The notes under the pieces were generated by a model, which saw only the letters and a program-made list of their open reading frames with translations, had not been told where the DNA came from and did no database searches. A stretch of 64,000 nt of DNA, taken from NCBI GenBank assembly GCA_903813345.2, contig CAIIXF020000001.1:30008001-30072000 (forward strand), written 5' to 3'. This DNA comes from Owenia fusiformis. Lineage: Eukaryota. The position numbers and the translations under genes are program-made. Positions 53,201-64,000 of this stretch are shown here, piece by piece (the first letter of the stretch is position 1; the number at the start of each line of letters is the position of its first letter).

Positions 53201-56200
53201 TGTATGAGATTCACTTTAGTTCCTTATCAATGGACATAAATAATAACCTCTTTGACTGCATTCACATCTGCTCCACTCTTTATCAGCATGTCTGCACACT
53301 TGTCTCCATCCTTCACTCGGGCTGCTATGTGTAAAGGAGTCTCCCTCTCCTACAACCATATCCAATTCAATTACAAATAAAAATCAAACATTTGTATGTT
53401 GAAGAGCAGACACGGACCTAAACCTCAATTTTGCTTCTTTCATTCCATGGATTCAAAGTGAACGACTGAGTAGGTTGTTTTGTAACAAAATATTTGAATA
53501 ATGCATTTTTAATTTTGACCAATTATTTTGAATAACTCACCTTCCCTCCTTTTATTTCTACCTCCGCCCCAAACCCAAGCAGTGTTTGCACAACCAGGGG
53601 CTTGCAGTATTGGACTGCAATGTGGATGGCAGTGTAGTTGTCCTGAAGCATAAAATACATGTACTGTATGTTTATAATAAACCAGAACAACGGCAACGCC
53701 AAAGCGTAGCGAATCCCATCGAACAGCCATGGATGGCATTTTTACAAACAAAGTATATAGCAAAAATGGCAGCCATTTTTCAAAATGGCCACCTTCTACC
53801 AAAAGTGTCATTAGACCATGTGCCATGCTTATAGAATTCACATACCAAATATGAACAAAATCGCTCTACTACTTTTCAAGTAATAGTAAAATACGTTAAA
53901 ATGGCGGCCATTTTTCAAATTGGCCACCTTCTACCAAAAGTGCCATTAGACAGTGTGCCAAGCTTATAGTATTCACATACCAAATATGAACAAAATCGCT
54001 TCACTACTTTTCGAGTTATAGTAAAATACGTTAAAATGGCGGCCATTTTTCAAAATTTTTTTCAAAATGGCCGCCTTCTACCAAAAGTGTCATAGGACAG
54101 TGTGTCATGCTTATAGTATTCCAGACCAAATATGAACAAAATCGCTCCACTACTTTTCGAGTTATAGTAAAATATGTTAAAATGGTGGCTATTTTTCAAA
54201 ATGGCGGCCATTTTTCAAAATGGCGGCCATCTTTTGGCCGCCTTCTACCAAAAGTGTCTTTAAGCAGTGTGCAATGTTTATAGTATTCACATACCAAATA
54301 TGAACAAAATCGCTCCACTACTTTTCAAGTTACAGCAAAAATCGTAAAATAACGAGTAAAGGCCGCCATTTTTCAAGATGGCTGCCATGTGCTTCTTTAA
54401 TATCTACATTTCTAGCTTTATTAATGTCCTATATAATTTTTTTACATCTCAAACATATTGCTATTACAGTTTTACAAATTACTGTAAATTCGGCACTAAA
54501 ATGGCCGCCATTTTGAAATGAGTGGCCATTTTGAAAATCGGCTTTCGAGCAGAACTTCTACCCCCATAGGGTATATGTGTACAAAATATGAACAAAATCG
54601 GGCCAACGGTATTTGAGTTATTGCCCGGACGGACGGACGGACGGACGTACGTACGGACGGACGGATGTACGTACGGACAGACGGACGTACGTACGGACGG
54701 ACGGACGTACGTACGGACGGACGGACGGACGGACGGACGGACGGACGGAGGCGTTCCCTATATCCCTCCGAACTTCGTTCGATGGGATAATAAAATATAA
54801 TATTACTAAAAATATGTAAAAAATATACGATATTATCAATTTTACATTACTGTATATTGGCCAAAATGAATAATAATGCAGTATAAAATACATAAGTCAT
54901 TAGCCAACATACCCCAACAGACCAGGGATAAGGTCACACCGTGCTAAGGTCACACTGGGCTTAGGTCACACCATACTTAGGTAACATTGTGCTTAGGTCA
55001 CATTGCGCTTAGGTCACACCATGCCTAGGTTACACTGTGCTTAGGTCACATTGTGCTGTGCTTAGGTCAAATTGTGCTGTGCTTAGGTCACACTGTGCTT
55101 AGGTCACACCGTGCTTAGGTTACACTGTCCTTAGGTCACATTGTGCTTAGGTCACACTGTGCTTAGGTCACATTGTGCTTAGGTCACACTGTGCTTAGGT
55201 CACAATGTGCTTAGGTCACACTGTGCTTAGGTCACAATGTGCTTAGGTCACATTGTGCTGTGCTTAGGTCACACCGTGCTTAGGTTACACTGTGCTTAGG
55301 TCACATTGTGGCTTAGATCACACTGTGCTTAGGTCACAATGTGCTTAGGTCACACCATACTTAGGTAACATTGTGCTTAGGTTACACTGTGCTTAGGTCA
55401 CACTGTGCTTAGATCACACGTGCTTAGATTACACTGTGCTTAGGTCACACTGTGCTTAGGTCACAATGTGCTTAGGTCACATTGTGCTTAGCTCACATTG
55501 TGCTTAGCTCACATTTTGCTTAGGTCACATTGTGCTAAGGTCACACTGTGCTTAGGTCACACTGTGCTTAGGTCAAATAATGCCTGCTCTAATATATCTC
55601 CCATAGTCCACAACACTATTCACTTGTACAAATGTAAGCTATATACCTTTGTCTTTGAATCTACACATGCCCCCTTCTGCAGCAGAGATTTCACTACTGA
55701 GTTGTGCCCTCTTTTGGCAGCTGCATGCAAACAAACAGCTCCTGACTGGAAAAACAAAATTAAATTCTAACAATGAAGTTCTAGAGAACATACAGAAAAA
55801 TAAACTTTCATGGATTCTTTGAATATTGGCCAAGGTGAAAAAGAGGGTGCCATGGTATAGCTCAAAGAAATTGTTTGTAGAATACTGAAACTTTGCGTGG
55901 GTTATATAATAATACTCCATTAGCTTTGAAGTAATTTGATTATTCTAAGATGAATTATTTATTTTTATCTGTCGAGCAGACTTCAAGAGTATGATATATT
56001 ATTACCTACAGCTGAAAAAACTGCATTAAGTTACTGTGTTTCACTTACATCAATGTATTCATAAGTAGGGATAACATATCCGAGACTTGACGCCACCTTA
56101 AGTAAAATTACCTTATTTGGCATGTGTAAAGGCACTCCTTTCTTCTGGAACAGCATAGCTGTGTCTGGGTGACCATACTCTGATGCTATATGCATGAGAG

Positions 56201-59200
56201 TGCTGCCATCTTTTGTCCTTGCAGCGACATTGGCCTTGAACTTATCAACCAACAGTTCAACTATGCTGGTGTTTCCTCTCTCAGCTGCAATGTGCAGTGG
56301 ACTGCGGTCAAGCTGGAATTTAAATTTTATAAAATATTGGAACATTCTCATTGGCACAGTCAATTGAATTTGACAAAATCTAGGAACAAACATAAAACAT
56401 ATTTATTGGTTCAAGAAAAGTAAAATGTTTTAATAATATTTCAATGAGAGACACTTTACATGCATCAGTTAACCCCCCCCTCCCCCCATGCATATAAAAT
56501 AATGTTTTACAGAATTAAAATATGATGGAATAAATACTGATACATACTCTGTCATAGACATTTGGATTAGCTTTGACACTGTAGAGGTATTTCATCATTG
56601 GTTCATCTCCCTCCCATGCACTGATGTGTAGTGGTGTATGACCTTCATCCTAAACAAGAAATTTGAGAAATGCCCATAAGAGACCATATCAGAGCAAACA
56701 TCAAAATATTACAATTTACAAACAGATATTATGTATACACAACAGGCCCGTAGCCAGCTTTTTAAATTTGAGAAATGCCCATAAGAGACTATATCAGAGC
56801 AAACATCAAAATATTACAATCTACAAGCAGATATTATGTATACACAACAGGCTCGTAGCCTGCTTTTGAAATTTGAGAAATGCCCCTATGAGAACATCAT
56901 TGCAAACATCAAAATATTACAATCAACAAGCAGATATTATGTTTACACAATCTGCCCAGAGCATGAATTTCAGCGCAATCATAACTATGAAAAAAAGTCA
57001 TGTAATGCTATTACAGATCTATACAGCGGAATAATATATACAGTCTTATTACAATGTAATGTATAAAAATTATATAAACTTATGAATATATTTATAGTTT
57101 TTGTCTGTATTCCGGATATTTATAAATAAACAACAATATTAGCATTTATTTGAACAAAATGATTAACCAACATAAAGTAACATTAGTGAGCTTGTGAAAC
57201 AATATTTTTCACATTTTCTAACTTAATTTTACATTTCTATCTAATTTTTAAATTCTTCCAACTTTATTCACAATATACACACAATATGTACACCCCTAAG
57301 AGTTAGATACAATAAAACAAAATATTGAAAATGTTATGATTGATAAAGGACCATACAGCTTTATTTTTGTATGTGTCATGTCCTGATATTCTGAATTGGT
57401 TTCTGACATTAAGGAATTCATTATTCTTGACTGGATCAATAAAAAAAACAATATCCCTAAAAGTACCTGAAGTATTGAAGTACCAGATTTTTAAATACCT
57501 ACATATAGTACTTGAGAGGATGTATTATGTCAGAATCTTACGAATCAAATCAATACTTACATTTTTACATGAAACAGAGGCTCCGCTATCAATGAACAAC
57601 TTAGCAAGTTCAATATCTTTTTTCCTACATGCAATATGTAACACATGATCACCATTATCCTGAAAACCAAATTGCAAATTTAAAAGCTGAAATACAACCA
57701 TAAATATCAATGCTGCTCTAACTAGATGTGTTCACATAGATAGGTGTTCACATTGAAAAATTGAAACCAGAAAATGTGGTGTTCACTTAAAAGGGGTCTT
57801 CACATCAATTGGTTTAAATGTACAGCTATTTTGTAGCACTTGTTAATGAAATATAACCAGAACAACGGCAACGCCAAAGCGTAGCGAATCCCATCGAACA
57901 GAAATGGCTGGCATTTTACAAACGAAATATATAGCAAATATCATAAAACAACACACCAGAAAGGCCACCATTTTCAAAATGGTTACCAAGTTGTCATCAG
58001 AAGAAATAATATGCTTTTAGTAGCCACCTATAAAATTTTTGAAAAATCGCACACATGTACTTGTGAAATAAGTAAAAAATGTAAAAATTACAGCCATTTT
58101 TTAAAATGGCGGCCTACTATCCAAGTGTCATGAGACAGTGTGCAAGGCTCGTGAGTATTCACATATCAAATATGAACAAAATCGCTTCACTACTTTTCAA
58201 GTTATAGTAAAAACGTAAAAATGGTGGTCATTTTTCAAAATGGCCGCCTACTACCCAAAGTGTCATTAGACAATGTGCCATGCTTATAGTATTCACATAT
58301 AAAATATGAAACATACCAAATATGAACAAAATCGCTGAACTACTTTTCGAGTTATAGTAAAATACGTTAAAATGGCAGCCATTTTTCAAAATGGCCACCT
58401 TCTACCAAAAGTGTCATTAGACAATGTGACATGCTTATAGTATTCACATTCCAAATATGAACAAAATTGCTTCACTACTTTTCGAGTTATTGTAAAATAC
58501 GTTAAAATGGGGGCCATTTTTCAAAATGGCTGCCTTCTACCAAAAGTGTCATAGGACAGTGTGCCATGCTTATAGTATTCACATACCAAATATGAACAAA
58601 ATTGCTTCCCTACTTTTCAAGTTATAGTAAAATACGTTAAAATGGCCGCCTTCTACCAAAAGTGTCATAGGACAGTGTGCCATGCTTGTAGTATTCACAT
58701 ACCAAATATGAACAAAATCGCTCCACTACTTTTCGAGTTATAGTAAAATATGTTAAAATGGCGGCCATTTTTCAATTTTTTTTTCAAAATGGCCGCCTTC
58801 TACCAAAAGTGTCATAGGACAGTGTGCCATGCTTATAGTATTCACATACCAAATATGAACAAAATCGCTCCACTACTTTTCGAGTTACAGCAAAAATCGT
58901 AAAATAACGAGTAAAGGCCGCCATTTTTCAAGATGGCTGCCAAGTGCTTTTTTGAATATCTACATTTGTAGCTTTATTAATGTCCTTTATAATTTCTTTA
59001 CACTTAAAACATATTGCTATTACAGTTTTACATATTGTACCTAAATTACTGTAAAATCGGCACTAAAATGGCCGCCATTTTGAAATGAGCGGCCATTTTG
59101 AAAATCGGCTTTCGAGCAGAACTTCTACCCCCATAGGGTATATGTGTACAAAATATGAACAAAATCGGGCCAACGGTATTTGAGTTATTGCCCGGACGGA

Positions 59201-62200
59201 CAGACGGACGGACGGACGTACGTACGGACGGACGGACGTACGTACGGACGGACGTACGTACAGACGGACGGACGGAGGCGTTCCCTATATCCCTCCGAAC
59301 TTCGTTCGATGGGATAATTACAAGGCAGTAGTAAATAAGCAATAAGCTGTCTGATAGCATGCAACTGTAACTGGAAAGTGAAACAGTGGAACAATTACCA
59401 TATAATTGATTGCAATTTCATTTTTTAACCTCATTATACAACTATTTAATTATAGCTAGCCTGGGTGATCTAACAGCATAATGAGAGAGTAAACAGGCTT
59501 TGAACACTTAGAACAAGGTCAACACGACTCATTAGATTTCAACAACCATTCTTGGAAATAGAAGCATTCTGGCGTTTTGTATAGGGTATTATAAAAGACT
59601 GTTGGAAAATGGAAGCATATAGTGTGTAATTTTGTATAGGGTATTTTAAAGGACTTTTGGAAAATAGAAGCATATAGTGTGTAATTTTGTTTAGGGTATT
59701 TTAAAGGACTCTTGGAAATTAGAAGCATACAGTGTGTTATTTTATTTAGGGTATTTTAAAGGACTTTTGGAAAATAGAAGCATATAGTGTGTAATTTTAA
59801 ATAGGGTATTTTAAAGGACTCTTGGAAAATACAAGCACATAGTGTGTAATTTTGTATAGGGTATTTTAAAGGACTCTTGGAAATTAGAAGCATACAGTGT
59901 GTTATTTTGTATAGGGTATTTTAAAGGACTTTTGAAAATAGAAGCATACGAGGGGTGATCCAAAAGTCTTGGACGCCCCGCTCTAAATTTGCTATTTTTT
60001 GATATAATTACATGAAACTTTCAGACAATAAATATCATCATCTTAACAACTTTATGTATAAGTTTCAACAGAAAATAATATATTTTTGCTACTTTTCTAC
60101 ATATCTTTTAATACCGGGTCCCTGCCACCCGGAACGGTATTTGAATATAGCAAATCACGTCACAACTCTTATAATATGGCAAATACTTTAGGTGCAGGTG
60201 CACAACCTAACACTAGCCATGATATGAGAGAATTTTCGATTTTCAATCTGAGTGTCATCTGCCATTTTCATCTTCACATATTAAGACCTACTTTTCAACA
60301 TATTTTCCGCGAATTTGAACACATTTTTCATACCACTTTACCAATGAATGGAAGACATTTATGAAACCGTCAGTGCTTATGTGATACAAATGCTGCTGGA
60401 GTTCTACTCTAAACCTCATTCAATGAGTAAAAAACATTTTCTTTCAACCATCTTTTCAACTTGGAGAAAAGGAAGAAAATCACATGGAGCTATAGATAGA
60501 CTGTATCGTGCATATGGTAGCTGCTCAAGGTCAATAATTATGAAAATATCTTGAAGTATTCTTTGTTCCACTTTGATTTTTTCGTGTTCTGCATTTCAGC
60601 AGCCATCTTGCAGCAAAAATGATACCAGAATGAGGGTTTCTTGTCTGATGGCATTTTCTTAGAATTTGACATGTGCGGCCTTTGTCATATGTGACATTAT
60701 AATTACAACACAATTAAATGGTTTCCTAGTAACAAAGGAAGTAAACTAACATGGTTTAACATTCAAAATTCAAAGAAATATAGTGGTCAAGACTTGTGAA
60801 ACAAGTGAAATGGCGGTAACATTCAAGGCTGAAAGTTGCCATGTGCGAATACCGTTCCGGGTGGCAGGGTCCCTGTATTAAAAACTATCTAGAAAACTGT
60901 ACAAAATATATCATTTCTCCATGAAATTAATACACAAAGTAGTTTGGTTGTTGGTCTTTATTATTGGAAAGTTTAAAGTAATTTTATCAAAAACCAACAA
61001 AATTAGAGCAGGGCGTCCAAGACTTTTGGATCACCCCTCGTATAGTGTGTAATTTTGAATAGGGTATTTTAAAGGACTCTTGGAAAATACAAGCACATAG
61101 TGTGTAATTTTGTATAGGGTATTTTAAAAGACTCTTGGAAAATGGAAGCATATAGTGTGTAATTTTGTACAGGATATTTTAAAGGACTCTTGGAAAATAG
61201 AGGTATATAGTGTGTAAATTTGTATAGGGTATTTTAAAGGACTTTTGGAAAATAGAAGCATATAGTGTGTCATTTTGTATAGGGTATTTTAAGACTCTTG
61301 CAAAATGGAAGCATATAGTGTGTCATTTAATATATTTTGTATGTATTTAGTGAGCTCATCAATAAATTAAATCTTATGTGCAAAATAAAAATGAAACAAG
61401 GCATTAACATGACAAAATGTCACCACATTGTTGCTCACAATATTATGAGTTCAATCTTAGTCAGATTTGAATTTCTTAGAACTTGTAGATGATTTTGAAA
61501 AAATAAATTTCTGACCCTGAGAAGGTCATTGAAGGTGGAATCTCAAATCTAAAGTCAGATTTGAGCTTCTGAGATGATTTCGAAAAAAAATTGGTCAATT
61601 CATCTTTGACCTTGAGAATGTCATTGAAGGTCAAATCTATAGTCAGCTTTGAACTGTTGAGAACTTGTAAATGATTTTGAAAAAAAGATTGGTCAATTTG
61701 AAGCAAGTTGAAAAAAGACCTTTTTTTACCTTGAAAAGGTCATTGAAGGTCAAATCTCAAATCTAAAGTCAGATGTGAACTTCAGATAACTTGCAGATGA
61801 TTTTGAAAAAAGAAATTGGTCAATTTGAAGCAAGTTGAAAAAGACCCTATTTGACCTTGAGAAGGTCATTGAAGGTCAAATCCCAAAGCTTAAGTCAGAT
61901 TTGAACTTCTGATAACTTATATATGATTTTGTAAAAAATGTGGTCAATTTGAAGCAAGTTGAAAAAGACCTTTTTGACCTTTTTTGACCTTGAGAAGATC
62001 ATTGAAGGTCAAATCTCAAATCTAAAGTCAGATTTGAACTTCTGATAATTTGTAGATGATTTTGAAAAAAATTGGTCAATTTGAAACTAGATGAAAAAGA
62101 CCCTTTTGACCTTTTTTGACCTTGAGAAGGTCATTGAAGGTCAAATCTCAAATCGAAAGTCAGATTTGAACTTCCCATAACTTGATTAATTTATAAATGA

Positions 62201-63064
62201 CAAGGAATTTGTTAACTATCAGCAGGAAAATTACTATATTAATATAATATATGTGATAAAGTGGTGGAAGGAAACCTACACTCAATTTGATCTATCCACC
62301 AATAGACTTAGAGTAAGCAGTAAACATAATATGGTACCAAATACCAGATACACCTGCATTGGTATTGTCCCATATGAATTCCTGCATTCTAAACTAATTA
62401 AAAAAACTCCTTAGGCCTGAGCTGAAGTCGGGACATACTTTGATAAACTTATTAAATTAATATGTTTTTAATATATTTATTTCTGAGACCTATTTCTTTC
62501 TCTTTGATGAATATTTAATTAGAAATGCTTAAGTGTATGGCTGACCATTTAAACCATTATTAATATGACATTTAGCGGATAACAACATATTTTTATTACC
62601 TGTCGCTGTACTTTGATCTGCTGTTCAGCTTGACTGGTCAGCAATTCTCTACACACAGCAGTATTTCCACACTCTGCTGCAAGGAACAGAGCGGTTAAGC
62701 CATCCTGGAATGCAGGAAATATGCATAGAAACAAACATTTTCATGCTTAAATGAACAGAATTTTATCAAATTAATAGCAAATAGCAGCAGCCATACACAC
62801 TTTAAAATCTTTTAGCCACACTTTACCTTGTAGGACGATTTTTGAGAGTACTTGGCATTTTGCCTTAAAGTTTAGCCAAAAAACTTCACTGTTTTTACAA
62901 CTGATTCTTTTACATTTAATAATTATTCATCAGACATGCATCGTGTTTACCTTATCTTGTGCAAGACGGCTCTCTTTCCCAGAGGCTTTTACAAGCATTT
63001 GCACCATTCCTACAGAACCATTGGACCGAGAACATGCCATATGAAGTGGTAGTTGGTCCTTTGG
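38287..63064 (-). CDS. TRPN1: TRPN/NompC mechanosensitive TRP channel (5'-partial; 26 exons, 1527 aa in window, 27 ankyrin repeats + 6TM channel + TRP box)
   Basis: complement(join(63064-62951,62704-62600,57659-57561,56649-56548,56312-56112,55745-55647,53642-53541,53349-53248,52983-52885,51713-51585,51263-51135,50823-50707,49301-49203,48331-48131,47636-47538,47360-47259,46070-45966,45668-45567,45067-44969,44767-44633,44339-44232,43843-43646,43364-43158,42821-41456,39364-39209,38495-38287)), all GT-AG and in frame (4584 nt). NompC-type motifs: RTKDGSTLMHIAS..GHP, LSPAP...AAK, LSFHHLFGPWAIII, LINLLIAMMSDTYQRIQAQSDTEWKFG. Confidence 0.95.
39385..41165 (-). mobile_element. HINE-like family B element with ~120-bp internal satellite (gtcagatttgaac...ttggtcaatttgaagcaag...gaaggtcaaatc), interrupted by a nested element
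   Basis: Shares the terminus aaaatgtcaccacctagttgctcacaata with the copies at about 61395 and 63355; tandem units are clearly visible. Confidence 0.75.
39744..40725 (-). mobile_element. Nested HINE (family C) inside the family B satellite
   Basis: ggacccacggtcc stem-loop, gctcacacag/ctgtgtgagc subTIRs and (GGAC)n microsatellite; inserted in the A-run of a host unit that resumes after 40725. Confidence 0.75.
41211..41285. repeat. 27-bp tandem repeat (~2.7 copies)
   Basis: gaataagtgaacacaaagggattgaat repeated. Confidence 0.85.
41456..42821 (-). CDS. TRPN1: TRPN large exon encoding the linker, S1-S6 pore region and TRP helix
   Basis: ORF 41442-42926 with multiple hydrophobic segments, pore helix LFFALFGL and TRP box EWKFGRAK; acceptor at 42822, donor at 41455. 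Confidence 0.96.
46092..46260. mobile_element. Degenerate small Tc1/mariner-like MITE
   Basis: ta|cggtaaaccc terminus with repeated tctgaacacc motifs. Confidence 0.4.
47784..48018. mobile_element. Tc1/mariner-like MITE
   Basis: cagggtgtttcctaatat...atattgaaaactccctg termini. Confidence 0.55.
48397..48998. mobile_element. Fold-back MITE (~600 bp, arms >200 bp)
   Basis: ggaatattccttgcca...gtagctataa...atatggtcaa...gctgccatctttt...gtgatgtcatcaactctcaac is mirrored by gttgagagttgatgacatcac...aaaagatggcagc...ttgaccatat...ttatagctac...tggcaaggaatattcc. Confidence 0.85.
49695..50526. mobile_element. TTAA-flanked MITE (Kolobok-like), apparently inserted into a relative of the 36140 element (about 49535-49690 and 50550-50670)
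   Basis: ttaa|aggccccatgtaaagttt...aaactttagacggggact|ttaa; the flanks contain tcctatgact and agtcatagga like the 36277/36551 pair. Confidence 0.65.
53681..54793 (-). mobile_element. HINE family A, copy 2
   Basis: Reverse complement of the 15816 element; long (GGAC/GTAC)n tract at 54627-54750; several ~115-bp units. Confidence 0.85.
54930..55576. repeat. 16-bp minisatellite (aggtcacactgtgctt), roughly 40 copies
   Basis: Direct tandem copies with variants (cacattgtg, cacaatgtg, ttacactgtg). Confidence 0.95.
56660..56950. repeat. 105-bp tandem repeat (~2.8 copies) next to a TRPN splice acceptor
   Basis: aatttgagaaatgccc at about 56660, 56765 and 56870. Confidence 0.9.
57855..59318 (-). mobile_element. 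HINE family A, copy 3 (longest internal array)
   Basis: Same termini, microsatellite and tandem units as copies 1 and 2. Confidence 0.85.
59545..61330. repeat. ~60-bp satellite (gaagcatatagtgtgtaattttgtatagggtattttaaaggactcttggaaaat), split by a mariner insertion
   Basis: Units are present on both sides of 59949-61040 and resume in register. Confidence 0.92.
59949..61040 (-). mobile_element. Degraded mariner element with TA target-site duplication and transposase remnant
   Basis: TA|cgaggggtgatccaaaagtcttggacgcc...ggcgtccaagacttttggatcacccctcg|TA. The minus strand encodes EQLPYARYSLSIAPCDF (YSPDLAP-like, about 60526-60476) and SLVKWYEKCVQIRGKYVEK* (stop at 60290-60288), typical of a mariner transposase C-terminus; frameshifted and internally deleted. 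Confidence 0.88.
61395..62185 (-). mobile_element. HINE-like family B element with ~120-bp satellite
   Basis: aaacaaggcattaacatgacaaaatgtcaccac terminus with hairpin, followed by tandem units. Confidence 0.8.
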
Positions 63065-63354
63065 CTAAAAGGAAAGATATTCTCTGATAAATGTTTAGTA
63101 TCAGTTAGAGCAATGTTATAATGTTATGTATATTTTTCTCCAAGGCAATATCAATAATGTATTTATCCTTGGAGGAAAAATCATGACCCAAGCTTTTTGT
63201 ACTGAAACAATTTTTTATTGATTTCTAAGATCATGTTTGTGAAATATTGTGAGAAACATCTCAGGTGTAGCCATGATTTGTCAGGGGGTCCTAATATTTC
63301 TGCCAATCTTTTTTCTAAATTTGCTTTAAATCTAAGTTTTGGTGAAATGTATAA

Positions 63355-64000
63355 GCAAGGCATTAACATGACAAAATGTCACCACCTAGTTGCTCACAAT
63401 ATTATGAGTTCAATCTAAGTCAGATTTGAATTTCTGAGAACTTGTAGATGATTTTGAAAAATAAATTAGTCAATTTGTTGTTAAGCAAGTTGAAAAAAGA
63501 CCTATTTGAACCTGAGAAAGTAATTGAAGCTGAAATCTCAAATCTAAAGTCAGATTTGAACTTCTGAGAACTTGTAAATGATTTTGAAAAATTGGTCAAT
63601 TTGAAGCAAGATGGAAAAATACCTTTTTGACCTTGAGAATGTCATTGAAGGTCAAATCTTTGTTGACCTTGAACACTGTTTTTTTAGCTCAAAAAATGAT
63701 GGGCCAAAAAAGGCCTTAGGGCCCCAAAAAGTGGTTCTTTTTGGTAATTACTGGTCCTTTTAAGGCCTTATTTTTTCATTTCAGGCAAAATTTTGAAGAA
63801 AATGGGCCTCAACATTTGAGTTTTAGGGGCCCAATTGTTTTTGCGCAAGCTTTTCCTCTGACCTGAAATTCCCCCCCCCCCCTTGTCGGTTCCCAGATCC
63901 GCCCCTGTTGAGAATGTCATTGAAGGTCAAATCTATAGTCAGATTTGAACTGTTGAGAACTTGTAGATGATTTTGAAAAAAAAAGAAATTTGGTCAATTT
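63355..64000 (-). mobile_element. HINE-like family B element (runs off the window), containing a GC-richer insert at about 63674-63906 that ends in a hAT-like terminus
   Basis: Same terminus and units as 61395; the insert ends cccagatccgcccctg (reverse complement caggggcggatctggg). Confidence 0.75.

Noticed and set aside
54588-54893. ORFs with RTDG/VRPS repeats (also 59046-59394 and 40480-40958)
   Set aside because: They are translations of HINE microsatellites and satellite units, not genes.
54930-55576. CRISPR-like or RSS-heptamer (CACTGTG) array
   Set aside because: The units are contiguous with no unique spacers or nonamers, the context is eukaryotic, and no cas/RAG genes are present.

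Overview
AT-rich, intron-rich animal genomic DNA. It is probably an invertebrate; a mollusc or other lophotrochozoan is my inference from gene content and repeat types. I assembled four spliced protein-coding genes by hand from GT-AG boundaries and reading-frame continuity. (1) A + strand 10-exon gene (5719-21917, 568 aa) with an unknown N-terminal domain, a winged-helix domain and a C-terminal Pfs/PNP-type nucleoside phosphorylase-fold domain. (2) Nested antisense in its last intron, a 5-exon secreted protein (20379-18746, 231 aa) combining a Ly6/three-finger-like domain, a chitin-binding type-2-like domain and a His/Tyr/Pro-rich tail. (3) A KLF10/11 (cabut/TIEG-type) zinc-finger gene on the - strand (32235-30188, 431 aa). 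(4) The 3' 26 exons of a TRPN/NompC mechanosensitive channel on the - strand (63064-38287, 27 ankyrin repeats in view, 5' end outside the window). Introns and intergenic DNA carry many non-autonomous elements and tandem repeats: Tc1/mariner, hAT-like and Kolobok-like MITEs, Helentron-type HINEs with internal tandem arrays, long fold-backs, a degraded mariner and several minisatellites. The most interesting observations are the winged-helix + Pfs/PNP architecture, the nested Ly6 + chitin-binding gene, clustered miR-184 seed sites behind TRPN, a frameshifting 53-bp duplication of the gene-1 C-terminus and a candidate 15-nt microexon.
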